Shown piece by piece: positions 26,701-39,749 of a stretch of DNA of 64,000 bases. The notes beneath the pieces were generated by a model. It searched no databases. It was not told the origin of the DNA and saw nothing but the letters and a program-made list of their open reading frames with translations. Source of the DNA: Azolla caroliniana (lineage: Eukaryota; Plantae; Polypodiophyta); the NCBI GenBank assembly GCA_043228905.1, contig JBHGNT010000016.1:9982001-10046000 (forward strand), given 5' to 3'. A program made the position numbers and the translations under genes. Numbering within the stretch: position 1 is the stretch's first letter; each line of letters opens with the position of its first letter.

Positions 26701-28563
26701 TGAAGCTTCGCTTAGATTCAGGAAAAGCGTGTGACCCGACACGGTTCCGACAGATTGTCGGAAGCCTCTTCTATTTGACTCTTACTCGGCCGGACCTCAG
26801 TTACCTAGTCGGACTGATTAGTTTCATGTTGCGGCCTACGGCCGAACACTTTTAGTGCGCACAAAGGATACTGCGATATGTTAGCGGCACGAAAGACATG
26901 GCGTTGCTATATCGAGCAGGCATAGTCGAACAGTTAGTCGGCTACACGGATGCCGATTGGGCCAGAAACGCCCACAATCGTAGATCCACATCCAGATACG
27001 CATTCTCTCTAAGAAGTGCGGCGATTGCGTGGAGTAGTAAGAAGCAGCCGACAGTAGCATTGTCGAGCACGGAGGCCGAGTATCGAGGGGCGACTGTCGC
27101 TACGTGCAAAGTCATTTGGGTAAAACGGCTATTACGGGATCTGCATGTAGAGGTGCCTGATCTGACGACGATCTTTTGTGACAACCTCAGCAGTATCCAC
27201 CTTGCAAAAAACCCCATGTTCCACGCCTGGACCAAGCACATTGAGGTGCATTACCACTTTGTCCGTGAGCATGTCCTCTTCGATGGTTGAACTTCAGCAT
27301 GTTCCAACAGATCGACAGACCGCCGAAATTTTCACCAAGCCCCTTGGTCTCGACAAGTTGCGGCAATTCTCGGGTGCACTTGGGTTGCGACACCTCAATG
27401 TGCCAAAATTGAGGGGAAGAGAAGTCCCGGAAGACCACGGAAGGGAGCAGGAAAGGAGCAGAAGTGACCGTGATGCGGAATCGGATGAAGAATTCGATTT
27501 CGGGCCGGCTGAAGAAGCCGAAGAAAAGAGCAAGGGACATAACCATAGGGAAGAGCCGAGGATAGCCAAATCAGGGGGAGATATAGCCAAGAAGGGCGTA
27601 AAGGCCAAGACCAGGACATGGTCTGATGTAGTCAAAGGCCTAAAGACAGGAGACGAATTGGAGACAACCAATTCGGATGAGAGCGGAATTGAATCAGAAG
27701 TGTTCGATTCAATCGTAATGTTCGATTCGGATACGCCGAAACAACTGAAGGCCATGCGGAGGAAAGGGTAGTGAAGGACGCACCGATACCACGACAACAA
27801 GGGAGTTGAGAAGGGCTGGATGGGCAGACAAGCCGTCCGGAAGGGTCGAGGCGCGCAAAAACGAACAAGACGAGGAGCGCGAGCGAGGTGTGAAGCCAGA
27901 AGAAACCGGAGCGGTGATCCGGGAGAACCAGAAGAGCCTCAAGTTGAGCTTGAGGGGGAGTGTTGAAATACAAGCTCAACATAGGCCGGATCGGCTGTGC
28001 AAGCCGAGAAACAAATCGGTTGGGACCGATCGGTTAGGCCAGACCGGTGTGCAAACCGGGTGCGTAAACCAGTGCGTAACAAGAAGCCGTAGCGGTGCGT
28101 AAACCGCGAGGCTGTTGGAAAGATATTCTGCGTAGGAATACATTTTGGGAGTTAGTGTAGAGCTCATTTATGAGCATTGAAGTATGTGTCAGTCCGTATG
28201 GACTTGTATAAAAGTGCTCACTAAGCACATTCTATGTACATAATGAGTATTATTTTTGAAAGTGTTGTGTGTTTTCTCTCTCTCTCTCTCTCTCTCTCTC
28301 AAAGCTCTCTGTAAGTTCATTCTGGCCATCTTTTTCTACGTTCTATATCTCATTGGAAAGCTCTTTGAGAGAGCTTTCTAAAGAATGTTCATTTACTGAA
28401 TTCCGTTACCGTGGCGAGAAGTTATGAGCATTTTCATCCGCAGCCATCTTTGCCCCACGGTTCCTCAAACGGAAGGTAGATTTTGAAGCCCTAAATCGAG
28501 TGAAAGGTACATTCTCTCTCCTTCCCTCTCTGTCTCTCTCTTCCCGTAGGGTTTGTCCCTACA

Positions 28564-29445
28564 ATGGCAAATACTCGTAAAACCGCCGCAAAGTTCAGGG
28601 GTATGATTGATAATGAGCCGAGATCACCAACAAATCTTGATTCTAATGCAATGGACAAAATGTTTATGAGTCACTTGATTTCTCTTCAAGAAACCATAAA
28701 CAAGCAAGGTGAAGAGATTAGGACGTTAATGAAAGAGAATACTAAGCTCCAAAGTGTTGTCATTGAGAATGAAAGTCTTAAACAAGTGGTTGCAAAACTT
28801 CAAGAAGAGATTCAAGAATGTAAAAGAGCTTCTTTTGAAACAAATGAGCGCCTTAACAAGATTGAGTTAATGCTTCAGTTAAAGGAAGCATTAAAAGAAG
28901 AAAAATTGGACACGATGAGGCGGGATGTAAGTGAGATGAAAAATGTATGTACAACGAAATCATGGGCCGATGTATGTGGTGGGGATGTGCTATCAAACTC
29001 ATCTAATATGCATGTGATGCATCAAGAGAAGAATATAGAAAGCATAGATGTCCGAGAATTGAAAGAACGTGAACGACGATCAAAGAACATTGTCATCCGT
29101 GGGATTAAAGAAGAGAGTATGGAAACACCCGCATCCCTTGCAAAGGCCATTGGTGAATTTTTTAGCATGCATTATGGGATGTTAGATGTGAATGTATATG
29201 GGGCACACCAAGTTGGGAAACATGGTGTTGCTTGCTCCGGAGAAAGGCTTATTGTATGCACAATGACAGATGATACAAAGCGGCGGATCATACTCGAAAA
29301 TAGTTGGGTATACCTCAAAGGTACACAATGCTTTGTGAGTGAAGATCATACTATCTCACAACAAAATGCTTGTCGTAAAGCATATGAGGAAAGATTGAAA
29401 AATAAGGTTAAGGATGTGCCTAAAGATGGAAATGTAGGCAAATAG
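28564..29445 (+). CDS. LINE-B ORF1 (coiled coil plus RRM-like)
   Basis: Heptad-rich N-terminus, ERERRSKNIVIRGIKE and LKGTQCFVSEDHT, typical of LINE ORF1. Confidence 0.85.
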   Translation: MANTRKTAAKFRGMIDNEPRSPTNLDSNAMDKMFMSHLISLQETINKQGEEIRTLMKENTKLQSVVIENESLKQVVAKLQEEIQECKRASFETNERLNKIELMLQLKEALKEEKLDTMRRDVSEMKNVCTTKSWADVCGGDVLSNSSNMHVMHQEKNIESIDVRELKERERRSKNIVIRGIKEESMETPASLAKAIGEFFSMHYGMLDVNVYGAHQVGKHGVACSGERLIVCTMTDDTKRRIILENSWVYLKGTQCFVSEDHTISQQNACRKAYEERLKNKVKDVPKDGNVGK

Positions 29446-29451
29446 GGACAC

Positions 29452-30591
29452 ATGATCTATGAGACTAACCCACGCCTTTTACGACTATGCTTTTGGAATT
29501 GCAATGGATACCCATGGAATGCGAGATTTGGCATAGAGGAGTTCACCGATGACTCGGATATTACACTTCTTGTTGAAACATGGGAGCATGATACTCAAAG
29601 GATTCAAGGTTTAGGAAACTATAATGTACACTCTTTGATATGGAAGAAAAATCCAAGACAAAGAAGAGGACAAGGAGGGGTGCATTTTTTATTAAGAAGG
29701 AAATAGAGAAATATGTGTCAATCATAAAAAATGATGAAAATAAATGCTACATATGGATCAAAATAGAAACACCTAATGATTTGCCCACTTTTGTAGTTGG
29801 ATGTTACATTCCTCATCAAGGTTCTAACTTTTATGCTTGTTTGGATAAAGATCAACCGTTTGCCAATCTACAAGATGATATTGCTTATTTCAAATCCAAA
29901 GGGCAAGTTATTGTCTTTGGTGATATGAATGCTCGTACAAGAAGTTTCCAACTTGATTCACAAGAATCTTTCATGCCACATATCTCAAGGATGCAAGAGG
30001 ATATGCAAATGTATAACCGCTCTTCTAACGATACAAAAGATCCGGAGGAATTTGGGAAGTTACTCCTACAAATGTGCAATAGTACCGGATTGCTTATTGC
30101 AAATGGTATTTCCTTATGGCCCAACACTAATGGTTTTACATGTAGAAAACACAACGGAAATAGTGTGATTGACTATGTGCTACTTTCCGAAAGTATTTTG
30201 GATCGTATACCTAAATTCTCACTTGGTGAATGGACACCGGAATCTGATCATAGGCCTTTATGTATTGATCTCAAATGTATGCATAAGTTTGATTGTGAGA
30301 AGGCTATTGAAGATAATAAACAACTGCACTTGAGCATGAACCTTAAGTGAGCACCCATGTATTCCAAGATGGTTGAGGATATGTTACAAATGACAAAGAT
30401 ACAACATGGTGCCACACTAGAATGCAAATGGGAAGCTTTCAAGAAAGTCATTCTCTCATGTACAAACAAATGTTTTTCGACCAACCGCATATCTTGGAAA
30501 TGCACCAAGAAACTTAGGAAAAAATGGTTTGATAAAGAATGTCGTGAAGCTCGAAAGTGCCTTATGGTTTTGGATGTAGTTAAGGATAAAA
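29452..30591 (+). pseudogene. LINE-B ORF2 N-terminus (AP endonuclease)
   Basis: WNCNG, LVETW, GQGG, GDMNAR, SVIDYVL, SDHRPL, KWFDKEC. One frameshift and one stop. Confidence 0.9.
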
Positions 30592-31114
30592 GCATGCGAG
30601 TGGAAACACTATTATAGCTAATTAGCTACTAAAATGGCCATAGCTAATTAGCTATTTGTTTAGCTAGTCTTTTTTGTGGGAAAATCAAATATTTGAAAAA
30701 CTAATTTATGAAAAAACTCAAATATTTGAACTTCTGTTTCAGACGTAGTGGAACTTGGGGAATAACACCATCATCTAAGGTCGACTTCAATGTCATCAAT
30801 TGCCTGTTTAGCCTAAGTTTGATTTTGAACGTAGATGTAGCTCCTGCAACAGTAGAAAATCGACATTGCAGATTGAGAGCTACAACACCGAACCCGCTCG
30901 ATCATCGTCTAGGTATGTTTCAGTTACAAAAACCCCAAACATTTGTTTTTTCTTTTTGACTACTGTCTGAACTTTGGTGCCGATTCATATTTCCCCAAAA
31001 TCAAATAGGGCGAAGTCCTTGGAGTCCCATACAAGGATGTCTCGCAGATCAGGGAGTAGCAGCAGGTGTGTTTATATTACTTTTTTTGTGTTTAATCCTG
31101 TCTTTAGTGATAAT

Positions 31115-31620
31115 TGGGGTTTTTGATTACGGTTTTTGTTTATAAATTTCTTATTAGAATTTTTTATTAGGGTTTGTGATTGAAATTTCTGATTAGGGTT
31201 TTTGATTGAAATTTCTGATTAGGGTTTTTTATTATAAATTTCTGATTAGAATTTCTGAATAGGGTTTCTGGTTACAAATTTTGATTACAGATTAGAATTT
31301 CTGATTAGAATTTCTGAATAGGGTTTTTGTTTATAAATTTCTGTTTAGAATTTTTTATTAGGGTTTGTGATTGAAATTTTTGATTAGGGTTTCTGATTGA
31401 AATTTCTGATTAGGGTTTTTGATTATAAATTTTTGATTAGAATTTCTGAATAGGGTTTCTGGTTACAAACTTCTGATTACAAATTTTGATTAGGGTTTCT
31501 GATTTCAAACTTTTGATTACAGATTTTGATTAGGGTTTTTGATTTCAAATTTCTGAATACAAATTATGATTAGGGCTTCTAATTTGTTAAGTTAAAGATT
31601 TTGCACTATTTCTGATTTCT
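31115..31620. repeat. Intronic degenerate array of 11-13-bp units rich in TTAGGGTTT (telo-box)
   Basis: Alternating gattagggttt / gattgaaatttc / gattagaatttc units inside intron 31066-31635. Confidence 0.85.
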
Positions 31621-32973
31621 GAAATTATATTTCAGGTGGTTCGTTCCTCCGTATCCGAGAGTGCTAAACTTTGCAAAATTTTGTGAGACAAAGGAGGACT
31701 TCCACAACACCTATGGTCTGTCACTCGAGGGTGTTGACCCTACTGTCCTAAGTGATAAATTGATCAGTGATGTAGACTGGATGACAGTATATACAGTGCC
31801 TAGAGTCAAAGGCAAGGTCAAGTTGAAGCATGTACGAGCTGACTTGTACGATGACTGCATGAGGCTGCACCAGAAAGTTCATCAGGAGATCCTAGTCAAC
31901 AATGAGTTGTCAGTTTCATTTGCTAGAGCATTTGCATATGAGTACTGCAAAACAACGAAGGAATCCAGAGAGCCTGAAATGTATAGGGTAGCTTGGGCAG
32001 TCTATGGTGAGGCATCGGTAAAAAGATGCCGAAAGATGGGAACCTTGGCAAAAAAAAAAGACAGATTTTGGAGCATGGCAGCTGTTGATGCAACTGCCGA
32101 CTCCCAACAAAACCAGGGGCATACACCAAACCGACACCCAAGGAAAGCCAATGTCGATGATACAGGTGAGACATTGGTTAGTTATATGCTAAAAAATGTC
32201 CATGAAGCCTGTGAGACATTGGCATTTTTTAAGACTGATTTAGAGAAAGCCACAATGGCTTCTGCAATGGAGAGCAAAGTTACTTCCGTTGTTACAACGA
32301 TTAGAAATAAGATTCAGGTAACTATTGTTTTGCTGGTATGTGATTGTGTTATAAATAACTTTAAGGGTAAAATGTGCTAATCAAGAATTATCTGGAATAG
32401 GTTGCGCAACAGGATCTTGAATTAGAGGGGACATTGGATCCCCAGCGTAAAATACAACTGCAAATAGAGATCTAGGTTCTTTCAATGAACTTGGACCTTC
32501 TAGGTGTAAATACTGTTGCAGATTACAATTTGGAAAAGCTTCAAGTAAGTTAACGATTCCTAAGCAAAGTTGGTGTATCTTTCTCAGACAGGAATAATTA
32601 ATCGGTAAATTTCTCTGTTGCTTGAAGGAACAATAGATTCATCAAGAACAGGTAGTTAGTTGCCTTAAGAAGCAGCTACATTTTGTGGAGGGAATGGTAA
32701 GGACCAGACAAGATTTGGACTTGAACATTCTTGCTCCCTTACCAAATGAAGGAGAACCAGAAAATGATTTATTGACAGTTCAAGCACGTTGCATTGCTTG
32801 CGGGTTAGGTGTGGAGGACAAAACTGTGTCTTTGTTGGTTCACCTACAACCATGCAACCACACATACCATCTGCTTTGTTTTCAACATGCCTGTTGAATT
32901 GCTGCATTCTGTTTGGGAGATTGCAATACAACTCTACCAAATGACTGGAGAAAACTAACAGGTATACCATACT

Positions 32974-34014
32974 GTAGCTAATAAGCTTAGTCTTTTCTAA
33001 TTAGCTAAGCCGTAAAAAGTATGGAAACTATTTTGCTGCTATCGTTGTAGCTAATTAGCTACTACCATAGTTGATTAAAGCAGCTAATAGCTATCCTTTT
33101 AGCTAATTAGCTACTGCCATAGTTTACTACATTAGTTAATTAGCTAAGTGGCAGCTAGTTAGCTACTAGCTAATTAGCTATCCTACTGACATCTAATTAG
33201 CTACTGGTAGCTAGTTAGCTACTCATAGCTAATTAGCTAGTACCATAGTTGTGTAAAGTAGCTAATTAGCTATCCTACTAGCTAATTAGCTACTGGCAGC
33301 TAATGAGCTACTAGCTAATTAGCAATCCTAGTAGCTAATTAGCTATGATACTAGCTAATTCGCTAGTGCCATAGTTGTGTAAAAAAGCTAATTAGGTATC
33401 CTACTAGCTAATTAGCTACTGGCAACTAATTAGTTATCCTAGTAGCTAATCAGCTATCCTATTAGCTAATTAGCTATCCTACTAGCTAATTAGTTACTGC
33501 CATAGTTGTGTAAAGTAGCTAATAAGCTATCCTAGTAGCTAATTACCTATCCTACTAGCTAATTAGTTACTGCCATAGTTGTGTAAAGTAGCTAATAAGC
33601 TATCCTAGTAGCTAATTAGCTATTGGCAGCTAATTAGCTATCCTAGTAGCTAATAAGCTATCCTAGCTACTACATAGTTGAGAAAGTAGCTCATTAGCTA
33701 TCATTGTAGCTAATTAGCTATCCTACTAGCTAATTAGCTACTGCCATAGTTGTGTAAAGTAGCTAATAAGCTATCCTAGTAGCTAATTAGCTACTGGCAG
33801 CTAATTAGCTATCCTACTAGCTAATTAGCTATTGCCATAGTTGTGTAAAGTAGCTAATAAGCTATCCTAGCTACTACCATAGTTGAGTAAAGTAGCTAAT
33901 TAGCTATCGTACTAGCTAATTAGCTATCCTAATTAGCTATCGTACTAGCTAATTAGCTATCCTAGCTTCTACCATAGTTTAGTAAAGTAGCTAATTAGCT
34001 ATCCTAAATAGCTG
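32974..34014. repeat. Intronic array of palindromic TAGCTAATTAGCTA motifs
   Basis: Dozens of copies with atcctac/actgccatagttgtgtaaag spacers, inside intron 32962-34028. Confidence 0.95.
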
Positions 34015-36212
34015 CCATGTTATTGTAGAATCTTGTGGATTAAGGACGGCACATGATGTGTCTGGTGCTGATGACGCTGCAATAGATGAGGATACTGCTG
34101 CCAACGTGGCTGAAAGTAAGAGTCCTGCTATCACATCTCCTTCAGATCAGCTCCACCCTATTCTTTTGAAACAGTGTACTGAATTAGGCAACGATGTGAA
34201 ATGCCATGAAATAGTGGAAACAAGTAAAATTGAGTTCACCACAACAATGTTTATGAACACTTGATGCAACATTTCTTTGAATCTCAAGACCTTGATTCCA
34301 ACCCACCGAGCCCAACTACTGAAAATGTCCAAACAGATCCCTCTGTACTTCAAAAGCTAGTTCAAGAAATGACTGATGTGCAATTAGCTGCTGAGGCGAT
34401 GGGAAGGTTGTCGGAGGAGGACACACTTGCACATTGGGTGAAAGAAGCAAGGCTAAATGGAGAACCGACCAGAAAAAGGCTGAAGAACGGGCCACGATCG
34501 GGAACAAGACCAATTACTCGGTCAAGGGGCCCAGACGTAGTGGAGCAAAATACTGTTTAGTTGGATATGATTGTTAGCTTAGGGATTTTGCTAGGGTTTT
34601 ATGAAGTTTTACTATCCTGTTGGACAAGTAAAACCTCATATTGGTTGTTGCTTGATCCACATTATGTAATGGAACTCTATGATGTTTTTCCAAGATAATT
34701 TGAAGAGTGTTGTTCTATGACTGAAACTCTTTGGTGTTCAGGATGTTGTTTTGTGAGTCTGTTAGTTACTTTGTGAGTGTGAATATGTTGGTGTTTTCTG
34801 ATGTTGCAGAGTCTAAAGGGTTTGATTCTATTGCTCGTAAGGCCAATGGCAGTGTGGATACTGTTGATGTTGCAACGTGTTTAAAGGGCCCCATCTTGAA
34901 AGTAGATGTAGCAATTGACACAAGTGATCTGGTCACACAAGTTGATGAAGCATGTTGCACGGATGACTTGGTGTTGCGGGTAGATGTAGCATGTGATACT
35001 AGTGGACTGATATCGAGCAGATCAATAGCTACATGCACTGAGGTAATCCAAGGATTGATAACTAAGTCGACAAAACAAGAGCACCAGAATGTGAAGCCAG
35101 GCCCAACACAGTCGACTAGGGGTTTGAAGAGGAAAGGGACGCCAGTTGTGTTGGCCGAACCTGAGCTGATTGAGATTGATCGTGTCCTACTAGAAAATGG
35201 TGTAACAGCGGCTCAGTTTCAGGAATGGAAACCTAAACCACTAGAAGTCGAAAGAAGAGCCTTGATCTTGGAGCTTGATAAAGTCTTGATGAGTGTGAGA
35301 TATATGCAGCCAAGGAGGGACGCGAATTAGTTTCTAGAGTGGGCTGTGCAATACTTTGATTTGTTTATTTGGAGTGAAAAACCAAAATCAGATGTGTGGA
35401 AGTGTTTAGCAAGATTCTTCCCAAAATGGCGAAGTCGTTTTAAAGGTCAATGGGCACGAGAAAATTGTGAGCAAATGGAAGCTGCAACATTCAAGAGACT
35501 TTCTAATTTTTGGGCTACTTGGCCTGAATATAATGCCGACAACACATTGATTTTAGATACAGAACATTTCCGGCACTACTTCAATATTCGGAGATGCTGT
35601 CTCATTCTACCCGAGGAAATGCATGAACGGTACCTAGTGCAAACAATGAGCTGCCAACTAGGTGCATGGTTGTGGACTCCATACCGAGCTCGATATGCAG
35701 ATAATATATGTAGACTCGTTCCACTGACTAGCAAGAGCTTAATTGTTTATAGGAGATTTGTAGACATTTCCAATGGTAATTTATAAATATGTAAAGAGAT
35801 GACATTATTCAATGAAGAATTTAATTACTTGTTCCCACTGTACTTATCTACTGTGTAATTTGAGGAATATGTTGCAGATTGTTGATTTCATGCTATTGAT
35901 GACTATTTAGCTATTGACAGCTAATTAACTACATTTGTACAGCTAATTAGCTACTGATGACTATTTCGCTATAACTTATAACTTAAAACTTAACAAAAAA
36001 GACATGATTTTATTGAGAAAGAAGCACAGAAAGCAGACTGTATACAAGAAATTGATTCTCAAACGAATTTATTTAATTGTTTTCGCGAAATACATGTTTG
36101 TTTTACAAGAGAACATGGTAATTGCTACTTGTAGCTACAAATTCCATGTCATACTATTGTAAATACATTCATACACATTAGCACCAACAATGTATAAACC
36201 TGAGCAGCTCTT

Positions 36213-39200
36213 CTATTCTGACATTGGGACGTTGATGCACCTGACCAAATGAGAGTACATGTACGCCGCTGGTTTGTCTTCTAGCAGCCTGCACACATAT
36301 TCGTAGTCATCTAGTTTTGCATAAAAAATGCCTTCGATGTAGAATGTCCCGGCAGATACAAAATTTCCCCATACATCTACAATATTCTGCCTTGCACATT
36401 GTTTACTAACCGTGCACTTCAATATATAGAAATCATCACCCTCTGAATTTCCTTCTTCAGCATTTACATCTAAGTTATCCCCAACGTTCAAGACATCACT
36501 CAAAGTATCTCCAAGTCCCTCATATGTGAAGTCAACATTCTGCCCTGTTTCTCCATCAACTGCTTCCTTATCATTCAAAGTGTGATGCTCCCAATTCTGA
36601 ATGTATGCTTTGTTTAGACAATATCTCCAATTTCCCTGCACACAATGGAAGCAAAAACAAGTCAATTCTCTAACCGCAATACAATGACCATCCAACCTGG
36701 AATAACCGCGAACAGCATGCAGAGATCGCAATTCGGGAATTCCTTGGCACTCCCAGGTCTTCTCCCTATTTACTTCATCTATCTTCACTTCCCAAAATTC
36801 ACGTTTGATATCTTGGACTTGTGAGGAATAAACACCTGTTGCACTCGTTGACATATTTGTTCTTAAAAATTCAACTACATGTGATGCACAATTCATGTGC
36901 ACACCATCTGTCTTTAGTTGTTCATGGGTAAGTGCCCGCTTTATAACAGCCCTTGCACCATCATGTTCACCTTTACCATGGCCAGACCCAAAAAAATTCC
37001 ATCTCATCTCCAAACTTGTTATAGCAGGATACCTCCCCACAAAATAAAATGGACGTCGAGCCTTGAATTGTGACGCAGCTCCGTCAGACTAGACCCAATG
37101 TTGAGTAAGCTCCAAACGTTGAGCTAATAACCACTGCCAATGTAACTTAAAACAATGTTGGACGAACAAGGTATCATGCTTCTTATCATCAGAAATAAAG
37201 AAATGAATTACTTTTTTAACATCACCTGAAACTCGAAAATATGTTATGTGCACAAAAATGGTTACCTGAACTGAACACCAATGCATAGATTGAATTTCAT
37301 TCTACTGCTTGAAAGTATAATTCTCTGCGAAATCTACTACTGAGACTACTACATCATCTGGGAAATCAGATATGCAAGTCTTAAACTGATGAGCCTGCCA
37401 TGAATAAATGAAGTTGTGTTTAATGAACTTTCGTAGAGATACTACAAACAGAGACACCAAATCCCTTGGTTTAAGCATCTTCCGAACTAGATCCTTTCTT
37501 TTACACACCTTTCCTTCAAAATTGGTGTTCACTGACTCAAATAACTTCACAGAGATCAATATTTCACTACTCAATTCATTTGGACACCACCTAAATCTAG
37601 TAGGGCCACAATCTTGACATAAACCCATGGCACATTTATGAATATGGAAGATAGGGTCAGTTTCTCTCGGACACAATATTGAATCTAATAAATAACTCAT
37701 GGAAGAGATAACGTGCTCAGATGATTTACACTCCTCTTGTGGGCTTGATCGACAGATTGGGCACCCACATGTGCAAACTGTATTAGTTAGGGATGCGTCA
37801 TGGTGACGTAGTAGATTAACAGAGTCCTTCAGAAAACCCATCTGTACATGGTAAATGCAACAACATGTGTATCAATCCTTTAAGCGTCTCACAAAGTGTG
37901 GCTTCAGAGACTCGAATGTTCGTAGTTGAACTTTGATATTTGGATGCATTCGTTTGAACCTAATAAATAAATCGACCTGCGTAATAAAGGGGAATTAGTT
38001 ATTCTCGTAACTAGCTAACTATCCTAGTAGCTAATTAGCTCTTCTAGTAGCTTATTAGCTATTCTAGTAGCTAATTAGCTATCATGGTAGCTAATTAGCT
38101 GTCCTAGTAGCTAATTAGATGTCCTAGTAGCTAATTACCTATCATGGTAGCTAATTAGCTATTCTAGTAGCTAATTAGCTACTCTAGTAGCTAATTAGCT
38201 GTCATGGTAGCTAATTAGATGTCCTAGTAGCTAATTAGCTTTCCGCTTTCCTAGTAACTAATTAACTATCATGGTAGCTAATTAGCTAGTCTAGTAGCTA
38301 ATTAGCTACATGGTGGCTAATTAGCTGTCCTAGTAGCTAATTAGCTATCATGGTGGCTAATTAGTTGTCCTAGTAGTTAATTAGCTATAATGGTAGCTAA
38401 TTAGCTTTCCTAGTAGCTAATTAGCTGGTAATAATGAAATTAGCTATCCTAGTAGCTAATTAGTTGTCGTGGTAGGTAGTTAGCTATTTGGTAGCTAATT
38501 ATCTGGTAGTAACTAAAATAGCTATTGAGAATAGCTAATTAGCTATCATGGTAGTAGCTATTGAGAGTAGCCAGTTACCTATGTAGTAGTTATCCTAGTA
38601 GCTAACTAAGGTAAATGTAACTGATAAGCTAATTAGCTTTTCTGCTAACTGAGCTAATTAACTTTCCGTGTAGAGTCAACAAATGTTGAGATAAATGTAA
38701 ATACCTGAGGTAAATCAAGAAGATGAATGGGATGCTCCTCATATTGATTTCTTCCAACACGTTTCCTGCATAAATCCTTTTTATTGGGTGAAACCCTACT
38801 CTCATTAGTCCAAAACATTGTGATTACATCCTTGATTTTTCAAATGTTATGGGTGTCATTGGCTTACATCTTGTAGTTAGCTTTAGTAGATTAGTTCCTT
38901 CACCCGAGGAAATTATATGGTTCATTGTATTGTACACTGTTTTTCTACTAACACCAATTACCTTAGATAGCTCACTGATGTTTATATCGTCAACATCACT
39001 ATTAAGTAACATCATTAGACTAGACCTTTTTAAGACAAGATCATCTTCTGACCTGCTCATGGATACGAAACTATTACGAAGATTATTTACTAAAACAGAT
39101 GATATGTTTGCATTAAGACCATCACAATCAACTAAGTCCTTTATCGATGGATCATTACATATTCCATAAAGTACTACCTTCTTTTCTTCATTGCTGATGT

Positions 39201-39456
39201 GCTTGGTTTGAACATGGAAATAGTCTACAACCTTTTTCTGTATGATGGTAGTCGCATTACTTACATTCTCAGCTAAACTATCCTTACCTTTACTGAGTGT
39301 GGCTTTCGTATCCTTCAACAATTGACGATGTTTCCTTTTTTTTTCTGCCCAATAGTTTCGTATGGCTTGTTGTGTCCTGATAGCATCATCCCTATCCTTA
39401 TGATCATTGAGGGGTAATTCTAAACACCCTTCTTCCCCTTCCATTTGGCTGGACAT
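36213..39456 (-). pseudogene. Spliced Sola2-like transposase, inactivated
   Basis: Exons 39456-38705 and 37976-36213. Motifs FESLKPHFV..TCCCIYH, CAMGLCQDC, VDFAENY..QSMHW..FISDDKKHD, SDGAASQFK, FFGSGHGKGEHDG, C-terminal CFCFHC. Three in-frame stops plus a frameshift near 38840. Confidence 0.85.
38010..38660. repeat. Second intronic TAGCTAATTAGCTA array (about 19-bp period)
   Basis: Units such as ctagtagctaattagctat/gtc, inside transposase intron 37977-38704. Confidence 0.95.
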
Positions 39457-39749
39457 ATTAAAACCCTAAATTTCTAGAAAAAAAACAAGTATTTAAGATG
39501 GCTATGGGCTACAACAATACACAAAAATTTTCCACAATACACAAGATTAGACACAACAATACACAAGATAATCAATAGACAAAAAAGTTATTGCAATCCA
39601 AGACCGAACAGTAGAGGAGTTCACTCCGTTGGATCGAACAGTTGAGGAGGCGATCCAGGACCTACCAATGGCGACAACTGAATGTAGAATGTTGTCGTTG
39701 GATGAGTGAACTCCGTCAAATCGAAATGTGGAAGCAATCCAGGATTGGA

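Larger units (their letters stand above)
22226..27771 (+). pseudogene. copia gag-pol pseudogene (gag, PR, INT, RT, RNase H, C-terminal extension)
   Basis: NYASWSYKM, CWYYGKKGHKESEC, WYVDSG, TPEQNG, KPIGCRWVYKVK, LLYVDD, YTDADWA..STS, FCDNLS..KHIEVHYHFVRE. Many stops and frameshifts. Confidence 0.9.
31037..35786 (+). pseudogene. Spliced accessory gene: unknown N-terminal domain, RING-H2-like finger, FCP1/NIF (HAD)-like domain
   Basis: Phase-consistent GT-AG exons 31037-31065, 31636-32317, 32401-32544, 32628-32961, 34029-34560 and 34810-35786. Motifs CIAC..PCNHTYHLLC..CLGDC and ALILELDKVL..FDLFIWS..NTLILD. Several premature stops. Confidence 0.7.

Noticed and set aside
31115-31620. Interstitial telomere
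   Set aside because: No contiguous (TTTAGGG)n. The motifs are embedded in longer degenerate units.
32974-34014. CRISPR-like palindromic repeat array
   Set aside because: Spacers are short and themselves repeated, there are no cas genes, and the context is a eukaryotic intron.
31037-35786. Ordinary host gene
   Set aside because: It lies inside TIRs within a LINE ORF2 that rejoins in frame, so it arrived with the transposon.
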